A stretch of DNA of 64,000 nt, from IMG/VR virus record IMGVR_UViG_3300020439_001801; one strand, written 5' to 3'. The position numbers and the translations under genes were made by a program. The stretch comes from an uncultured virus (IMG/VR IMGVR_UViG_3300020439_001801). Lineage: Duplodnaviria > Heunggongvirae > Uroviricota > Caudoviricetes. Of the stretch, positions 57,575 to 64,000 are shown piece by piece; within the stretch, counting starts at the first letter, position 1, and the number at the start of each line of letters is the position of its first letter. The notes under the pieces were generated by a model. It searched no databases. It saw only the letters and a list, made by a program, of their open reading frames with translations, and was not told the DNA's origin.

Positions 57575-59019
57575 AATTCTGCTGTTATATAGTTGACTGT
57601 TTGAGTTCCTCTCTCAATACCAAATGTTAGTTTGTTATCACTTATAGTTTTGAATTTTAAAGAATCAATTCCATCTCGTCTCCAATTCGTTTTACCTTTT
57701 AAAACTTTATTGTAAAATCTAAGTTGGTTTTTACGAGTTTCTGTATAAATCCATTTATTTTCATAAAATCCATTATCTTCGTGAAATAATAATTTAAATT
57801 TAGATTTTCTTCTCCACGGAATTGTTATCTCCTGATAATCTTCTGTATGTGGAGTTGATATTCTATTACAATAGTGTATTTTTCCATTTGAACCATTACC
57901 ACTAAGTTCAATTAGTTTGTGATATGTAGATGCCTTCGCATCATATGCACATTCTAAACAATGTGGTGTGGTGTATCCCTCAAATCCTTCAGTAACACCA
58001 ATACCTAAGTTATTATATATAGCTTCTACTTGACCTGGCTCTAATGAATGATTCCAAATTGCTAATTGATTTATCAGCCCCTTAAAAGGTCTCCTATTAT
58101 TCATTGAACCCGGACCAGGTCTACCTAAATAAAAATATTTTTGATTGTGGTATGGTAATAATCTACCTTCAAATTCAGCTTCATCAATTAACTCACCATC
58201 TTGATATAGTTTAATAAACTTATTATATTGGTCTACAACCACCATAAGTGTAGTTCTTCTTTCTGTACCGATTGTTGATTTTAAACTTATACATTCTTTT
58301 TTAGATGTAAACGTTTCAAACTTAAATCGCTTAAATGAATTAAAAGTAAATCCAGTATCATAACCAGGTACTGATAAAATGGAATATTCATCTACTTCTA
58401 AGTTTTCACTTAATTCCATTTTATATGGTTCACATTCTATTAACATAGTGTAATTATCCAATCCAAATTTCATTGGTATTTTAACTTCACTATCATATCC
58501 ATTGAATTCTAAACCAGCGGTGTTCCAAGTTTTAATTGGTTGGTGTTTTAGATTTAAATCAAAAAAGTTTTCTTTACATCTGAATAATAAATCATCATCT
58601 TCATATCCCCATCCCCAATATTCGTTTGAATATCCATTTACTTTGTAATAATCCATTATAGGAAATAAAGTAACTCCTCCGAAATATGAATCGAAGATAA
58701 TTCTTTTCTCTCCTACATCAGATAGAAAGTTTGTAGCAAGATGAGTTGGTCTGTTTACATATGAATAATCAACATCCATAGGTAACATATCCACATCATG
58801 CAGAGCTACATAGGTACATTTTAACTTTTTTGCTCTTTCTACACCAATGTTAAGTAACTTACCTCTATTGAAAGGTTTATCATCAGCTTGTTCTACCACA
58901 ATAATTTCAAATGGTATCTTTTGCTTTTTAAGATGATTTGATATAGAAGGAATAAAATGGTTAAGATGTTCTCTACGATTTCTGTAAGGAACAACTATAC
59001 CAATTTTATTTTTCGCCAT
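57571..59019 (-). CDS. GT7-like glycosyltransferase with inserted LamG domain (paralogue)
   Basis: VPYRNR.EHL, FNRGKLLN.G, HDVD, YFGGV and NGYSNEYWGWGYEDDD motifs. Confidence 0.88.
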   Translation of the reverse strand: MAKNKIGIVVPYRNRREHLNHFIPSISNHLKKQKIPFEIIVVEQADDKPFNRGKLLNIGVERAKKLKCTYVALHDVDMLPMDVDYSYVNRPTHLATNFLSDVGEKRIIFDSYFGGVTLFPIMDYYKVNGYSNEYWGWGYEDDDLLFRCKENFFDLNLKHQPIKTWNTAGLEFNGYDSEVKIPMKFGLDNYTMLIECEPYKMELSENLEVDEYSILSVPGYDTGFTFNSFKRFKFETFTSKKECISLKSTIGTERRTTLMVVVDQYNKFIKLYQDGELIDEAEFEGRLLPYHNQKYFYLGRPGPGSMNNRRPFKGLINQLAIWNHSLEPGQVEAIYNNLGIGVTEGFEGYTTPHCLECAYDAKASTYHKLIELSGNGSNGKIHYCNRISTPHTEDYQEITIPWRRKSKFKLLFHEDNGFYENKWIYTETRKNQLRFYNKVLKGKTNWRRDGIDSLKFKTISDNKLTFGIERGTQTVNYITAEL

Positions 59020-59230
59020 CTATATATTTATCTTTCCAAAGTGATAAGTACCATTCCATTCTTGGTCCCCATTCTTCTTTATCGATTTCTTCAAACCATA
59101 AAGTAAGTGCATCTACTGAATTAGCTATCTTTTCCAATGCTTTAACTTTTCTTTCCTCTAATAGAGGGTCAAAGTTTCCACCATTAGCTGAGATACTTGC
59201 TTCTTCTACTTTTGCTGCTTTCTTTGCCAT
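59006..59230 (-). CDS. Small hypothetical protein
   Basis: 74 aa ORF within the operon. Confidence 0.65.
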   Translation of the reverse strand: MAKKAAKVEEASISANGGNFDPLLEERKVKALEKIANSVDALTLWFEEIDKEEWGPRMEWYLSLWKDKYIDGEK

Positions 59231-59235
59231 AATTT

Positions 59236-60096
59236 TTAAATTTTTAATATTCCTTTTGTTAATCTATTCCAATATTGATAATCCCAATGTTCGTTTTGAA
59301 TCGGTATGTTTCTAACTAAACCAAACATAGGATTATTAATATCAATTTTCCAATCGAAAACTTCGATTGCTTTGTACATCTTTTTGTATTCTTCCCAAAA
59401 AGTGTAATCTTCTTCTGTTTCTGAAACTTCTTTTAATCTTTCTAAAACAGTTGAATCCCATTTGAAGTGATGAACTTGTATAAATCCCTCACCTCTACCT
59501 GGTGGATATCTAAGTGGATGTTCTACACCCTCTTTACCCCACACATCCTTTCCATCAATGTGTGCATAATGTTGTCCGTTTGTTATTTGAATCTTTCCTT
59601 TCATTACACACACTTTGTTTGGACAAGCTCCACTAAGTGGATACCTAAAAAAACCACTATACGGAAATACTTCCCATATATTAGTTTCGCTATCTACGAT
59701 GGGAAAACTCCCATCCTCTCCAATCCTATCCAAGAATCCACCTGTGATAAACTCCCATCCTTTTACTTCGCATTCATCAATCATTTCTTCGATTGGCTTT
59801 GGATAAATCTGAATCTCATCATCATCCGATACAATCCACCAATCGTTTGGTTTAGTCATCTTAACTTCGTTATAAAGTTCAGTTACTTTTTCCCAATGAA
59901 ACTTTGGTTCAGTTACTACTTTGTAAGGAGTCCACCCCAAGTTTTCAATTTGTTCTAATATCCCATCGTTTTCATCTTGTCGATAAACTACGATAAAGAT
60001 ATTTTTTTTCTCCACAAATTGCTGATAGTATTCCAACATATGTGGTAACATAGTGATGTTATGCCCAACTACAGTTACTAAGTTTAAATCCTGCAT
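59236..60096 (-). CDS. GT-A fold glycosyltransferase (GT2-like)
   Basis: L...L.YY, W.IVSDDDE (DxD), K and G.H...HFKW motifs. Start likely MQDLNL at 60096. Confidence 0.7.
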   Translation of the reverse strand: MQDLNLVTVVGHNITMLPHMLEYYQQFVEKKNIFIVVYRQDENDGILEQIENLGWTPYKVVTEPKFHWEKVTELYNEVKMTKPNDWWIVSDDDEIQIYPKPIEEMIDECEVKGWEFITGGFLDRIGEDGSFPIVDSETNIWEVFPYSGFFRYPLSGACPNKVCVMKGKIQITNGQHYAHIDGKDVWGKEGVEHPLRYPPGRGEGFIQVHHFKWDSTVLERLKEVSETEEDYTFWEEYKKMYKAIEVFDWKIDINNPMFGLVRNIPIQNEHWDYQYWNRLTKGILKI

Positions 60097-60863
60097 CTTT
60101 GTATCAGTGTCAACCCAGTTGTAGATGGTTTTTCTTTCATCACTCCGTTGTTGAAGAAATTGAAAAGTTCCCATTCGTTACTTTCTTTTAGTTCTTTTAT
60201 GAGTTTATTAGGTCCATCAAATGGAGCATGATGGTTTTTTTCTTTTACATCTTCTGTTACGATGAGTTCTTTTTCAAAAGATTCATCTGTATCGTGGATT
60301 GAAATTACACCATAATCCGATAAGATACTTGAGTAAAGAGTAAAATCATTTTTAACATCATCATACGAATGACCCGCATCTATGTGTAGGTAATCTATCT
60401 TTATATCTTCCTTAACAAAGAAGTTATAAAATGCGTTTTCGGTGGTATCTAAGATAACTCTACAATCGAAGTTTTTTCTAAAGAATGAACGTTTATCCGT
60501 CCAATCAGTAAATCCTCCTACTCCGTTATCTGCATCAACTACGAATGTAGTACCACAATCACCCCACTCCATTTGTTTTAGACCTGTAAATATTTTTTGG
60601 TCATGCAAATCTATTCTCGCTTGTGTCATTATACGAGGAATAAATCCACCACCACTTCCTAAACATACACATACCTTTGCTCTCATCATTTGTATGGTAG
60701 AATATATAATCATACCATCACCTAAATGTAAATCAGTTGCCCCATGTGTCCATCTATATGGAACGGGTACAATATCAGTAAAAGGTTTACCATTAGTATC
60801 CCTTTTTTTGACTTGATTGTTTGATATGTATTTTTCTATTAAACCTAAATTAAGTAAAGACAT
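60084..60863 (-). CDS. Class I SAM-dependent methyltransferase (Methyltransf_24-like)
   Basis: LGSGGG and IDYLHIDAGHSY..V..DF......L...G.I..HD motifs. Confidence 0.85.
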   Translation of the reverse strand: MSLLNLGLIEKYISNNQVKKRDTNGKPFTDIVPVPYRWTHGATDLHLGDGMIIYSTIQMMRAKVCVCLGSGGGFIPRIMTQARIDLHDQKIFTGLKQMEWGDCGTTFVVDADNGVGGFTDWTDKRSFFRKNFDCRVILDTTENAFYNFFVKEDIKIDYLHIDAGHSYDDVKNDFTLYSSILSDYGVISIHDTDESFEKELIVTEDVKEKNHHAPFDGPNKLIKELKESNEWELFNFFNNGVMKEKPSTTGLTLIQRCRI

Positions 60864-60887
60864 TTTGGTTTAGATTATGGTGTTGTA

Positions 60888-60896
60888 TATAAATAT
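60888..60896 (-). promoter_or_regulatory. Putative late promoter ATATTTATA heading the glycosylation operon
   Basis: Intergenic, upstream of 60863. Confidence 0.7.
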
Positions 60897-60921
60897 ATAA
60901 AAATATAGAAAACAATAAAAA

Positions 60922-61908
60922 TTAAAATAGATTTTTTATCTTATCTCTCCATTCCCATTTGTTATCATATTTTACCATCCATTCGGATAATCTCATCCAA
61001 TTATCCAATTGCTCTGAGTAAGAATCTTTACATATGATTTCTACCATAGAATCAAACTCTTCTTTTGATGATGCTCTATATTTGTAATCTACATCTCCCC
61101 AATCGGAATGTAGTATTGGAAGTTTTCCGTAATCAACGGCTTGAAAGATTGAATATCCAAAAGGTTCATTGGTGTGGCAAGAATGTGAGATACTCCAATC
61201 TTTACACATAAATAAATCTAATATCTCAGAATCCCATTGATAAAATTTTATACCACTAAAGTTATACTGATTTGTTTCTACTATATTTTTCCAATCATAT
61301 TTACCACTTAAAACAAATCCTCTATGATTATCCAAATAGTGAACATTTTTACGAGATTCAATACGAGAAGTAAATCCAATTTTAGAATCTGATAATTTTT
61401 CTAGTAATAAATCTTCTTTAAATTCATAAAAGTTTGGAATTGTTATAGTATTATCAGGATAATCTATAAATAATTGTGAATCTGTTAATCCTATCCAAAT
61501 TCTTTGTTTACAATACTTCATCAAATCATTAACTGCTTCAGTATCTATGTTAGTTTGGAATTGTTTTGTAGAATCACCATACTTTAACATATCGGGTAAA
61601 TATGCATGTACAAATATATTACCCCATTTATCTTTATGTTTCCAAAGATGTTCTCTTTTGTGATAATTCGCATGTAAGAAGTGAATTTCTTGACAATCTT
61701 CTAATAATTTTTCTGATTTAATCCAATCATCGTAATGGAAATGATAATTTGTTAAGGATGTTTCAAAACCATCAGGTTTTCTACCATCTACAAAAATAAA
61801 ATAATCATCTGAAAGTTGTGGAAGTACTAAATCAATAAAATGATTTGTCCATACATCAGCTCCACCTTGTATAATATTTCCGAAACCAGTTGTTACTAAT
61901 AATTTCAC
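60922..61908 (-). CDS. GT-B fold glycosyltransferase (GT4-like), paralogue of 1970..2965
   Basis: GGAD.W.N.F, R.E.RKN.HYL and EPFGYSIFQAVDYGKLPILH motifs. Confidence 0.72.
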   Translation of the reverse strand: MKLLVTTGFGNIIQGGADVWTNHFIDLVLPQLSDDYFIFVDGRKPDGFETSLTNYHFHYDDWIKSEKLLEDCQEIHFLHANYHKREHLWKHKDKWGNIFVHAYLPDMLKYGDSTKQFQTNIDTEAVNDLMKYCKQRIWIGLTDSQLFIDYPDNTITIPNFYEFKEDLLLEKLSDSKIGFTSRIESRKNVHYLDNHRGFVLSGKYDWKNIVETNQYNFSGIKFYQWDSEILDLFMCKDWSISHSCHTNEPFGYSIFQAVDYGKLPILHSDWGDVDYKYRASSKEEFDSMVEIICKDSYSEQLDNWMRLSEWMVKYDNKWEWRDKIKNLF

Positions 61909-64000
61909 TCAGAACCGCTTATTTGATTTTCTAATTGAGTTACCTTTGCTGATAACTCTTGTATTGCCTTTATCATAGGAGCAATCATTTCTGTATATCG
62001 TAAACCATATGTTGTACTATCATATGTCATACTACCAGTATCTAAATTATCTTGTGTTATTTGGGAATCTGTATATATTCTACTTCCTGATGGATGTGTT
62101 TTTATCCAAGTTCTACTTTTTATATATCCAGCAAAATCATCAGTATGTACCGAAGAAGATGCAAGAGATTCACTTACCTCTTGTGCAATCAAACCATAAT
62201 GAGTTCTATTACTACTTCCACTAATCCATTGATATTTAACTGGATTTAAAGAATTAACAAAATTTAATCCTAAATCAGAACCACTAATATTTGTTTTTAA
62301 ATCTCTATCAGATGTTTGAATACTACCATTTGTTGCGAAAATATCATCCCATCTTTTTGCAGAACTACCTATATCTTTTGAATTATCAGCTGAGGGTAAT
62401 ACATTACAAGCACCAAATACCGCTTCTCCAAGACTTGATGCAGGATAGATGACTACATCACCACCAGTTGTGAAATCATCTGTGAATGTCCTTAATTCTA
62501 AATCAACATCAGTACCGAATACACGCATGTTACCATGTGAGTATATCGAACCTCTGGCACTACCATCATTGTTCAACCATCTTATACCTTGATAATCAGA
62601 AGTAGAAGATGCCCCTAATATATACATTCCCCAAAAATCATCATCTCCGTTAAAACTATCTATTTGTCCTAAATAAGCAGCTACATCATATTGTGCTATC
62701 TGAGTCGGGTCTTCAATTCCACTTCTTCTTGCTACAGCCACACCTGAATCTAATGCCAATTCACCAGAACTTGATAGAAATAAAGATGGAGTAGATATTA
62801 CTCCAGATGAACTGATAAATGAACCATTTGCTGCGAATCTTCCATCTATTCCACCACCATTGGCGGTAAATCCAACACTTAAATCCCCAGCGAAGGTTGC
62901 ATCGCCAGCTGAACTAAGTGTAATTCCATTTTCTGCACTACCAATCTGAACACCAGTATTTGATAATTGTATTCTTGCCGTAGAACCATCTAATAATTCC
63001 AAACCTGAAGATGATATTGCTAAGTGTTCTGTTGATGTTGGTCCTATTGTTGTTCTTGTACCATAACTTGCTAATATATTATTAGAAGTATCTTTTAAGG
63101 CCATACCACTTGAATTTAAAACAACTTGGGAAACATAAGATGAAGTATGACTATTTAAATTTGTATTTACACTGTCTTGAGATTGTGTAAAATCATTAAG
63201 TGGTGTTAAATCAACACTAGGTGAACCATTTGTCAATACAATAGAACCACCAATTTCTAATGTTGAACCATTCCATCTTAAATAGTTATTTGCATCACTA
63301 CCAGTTAGGAAAAATTCACCACTTGATGACATATAAGTTTTCCATTGGTTTGTATCATAGAATCCCATATTTTCTGAACCTAAGAATAAACCTGAACCAG
63401 CTGGAGTTGGTGTTTTTGTTAACTTACCAGTAGAAGGGTCTACCGCACCACTTTCAGATGCTGATAGAGCTGCATCAGCTGAAAATGCTGAACCACTAAG
63501 TACAGAATTATCTCCAGCTATGGTAGCAAATGCCGAACCACTCAATACCGCATTTTCATTTCCAGTGATAGCTATTGATGCTGATAACGAACCACTAAGA
63601 GTTGCATTATTTGCTGCCGTAGTAGCAAAGTTCTCAGCATTTGTTTGAGCTGCTGATGCTGATAGTGATGCACTTAATACTGCATCCGTATTTCCGATTA
63701 TAGCCAATGAAGCTGATTCAGCTGAAGCTTGGTTAGATGCTGTAATATCTGCTCCTAATGATGCCGTAGCAATCTGTAGATTTTGTGTTTGTAACTCTAA
63801 AGATTGTGTAGCTGCTTGTAAAGATGATGTAGCAGCTGCTAACTCCTGTGAGAAGTTTGTTGGGTCTCCCAATCCAGCAATAGTTGAGGATTGAATATTC
63901 GTACTAGCTATCTGTACTACTCCACCTTCAACACTTAAAATATCACCAGCATCTGCTATACCACTATTCTTTACATTAATAGATGCTTCTAATCCTAACG
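61905..64000 (-). CDS. Tail fibre with S74 chaperone; 5' end outside the window
   Basis: Frame stays open from 63872 to the window edge. C-terminal TSDRDLK.NI....LGL.FVN.L.PV.Y...HYGLIAQEV...LRY.E.IAP.IKAIQEL. Confidence 0.9.
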   Translation of the reverse strand, partial: LGLEASINVKNSGIADAGDILSVEGGVVQIASTNIQSSTIAGLGDPTNFSQELAAATSSLQAATQSLELQTQNLQIATASLGADITASNQASAESASLAIIGNTDAVLSASLSASAAQTNAENFATTAANNATLSGSLSASIAITGNENAVLSGSAFATIAGDNSVLSGSAFSADAALSASESGAVDPSTGKLTKTPTPAGSGLFLGSENMGFYDTNQWKTYMSSSGEFFLTGSDANNYLRWNGSTLEIGGSIVLTNGSPSVDLTPLNDFTQSQDSVNTNLNSHTSSYVSQVVLNSSGMALKDTSNNILASYGTRTTIGPTSTEHLAISSSGLELLDGSTARIQLSNTGVQIGSAENGITLSSAGDATFAGDLSVGFTANGGGIDGRFAANGSFISSSGVISTPSLFLSSSGELALDSGVAVARRSGIEDPTQIAQYDVAAYLGQIDSFNGDDDFWGMYILGASSTSDYQGIRWLNNDGSARGSIYSHGNMRVFGTDVDLELRTFTDDFTTGGDVVIYPASSLGEAVFGACNVLPSADNSKDIGSSAKRWDDIFATNGSIQTSDRDLKTNISGSDLGLNFVNSLNPVKYQWISGSSNRTHYGLIAQEVSESLASSSVHTDDFAGYIKSRTWIKTHPSGSRIYTDSQITQDNLDTGSMTYDSTTYGLRYTEMIAPMIKAIQELSAKVTQLENQISGSE

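Noticed and set aside
619..60896. Plus-strand TATAAATA as canonical T4 late promoters
   Set aside because: They would point away from all genes. Their position just 5' of minus-strand starts and the TATAAGTA variants support the opposite orientation.
41665..61908. Bacterial LPS/capsule locus misassembled into the contig
   Set aside because: Same strand, same promoter motif and overlapping junctions with phage genes. No flippase, polymerase or export genes, and a paralogous GT sits among the tail genes.
1783..62224. Numerous plus-strand ORFs of 60-194 aa in the track
   Set aside because: All lie antisense to long minus-strand genes, lack RBS or promoter context and show shadow-frame composition.
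1..64000. Stop-codon reassignment as in some large phages
   Set aside because: Genes are long and contiguous in the standard code, and TAA, TAG and TGA all terminate genes at sensible boundaries.

Overview
This 64 kb window is the late (virion) region of a large, AT-rich, T4-like myovirus, with every real gene on the minus strand and the standard genetic code. In transcription order (right to left) it begins with a truncated tail fibre carrying an S74 chaperone. A ~20 kb glycosylation and nucleotide-sugar cluster follows: GT4-, GT2-, GT7- and GT10-like transferases, a methyltransferase, a cytidylyltransferase, RmlC, three SDR epimerases, a ThDP E1alpha/E1beta pair, two radical SAM enzymes and an SGNH-like protein. 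Next come a nucleotidyltransferase/ligase-like fusion, terminase, portal, prohead protease, a block of Glu-punctuated putative internal head proteins, ribosomal protein bS21, scaffold, major capsid and neck/tail-completion proteins. The left end holds several very large Ser/Gly/Thr-rich fibre proteins, a second GT4-like gene, a Hint-domain protein and the start of the tail sheath gene. The strongest hypotheses are: (1) a phage-encoded virion O-glycosylation system acting on an [S/T]-[G/A/S]-S sequon; (2) protease-processed head-cargo polyproteins built from cassettes bounded by ESVNE-type linkers; (3) bS21-mediated retuning of ribosomes toward Shine-Dalgarno-led phage mRNAs; (4) an ATA(T/C)TTATA late promoter plus two structured 5' leaders. 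All family assignments come from motif recognition by eye; no database searches were run.
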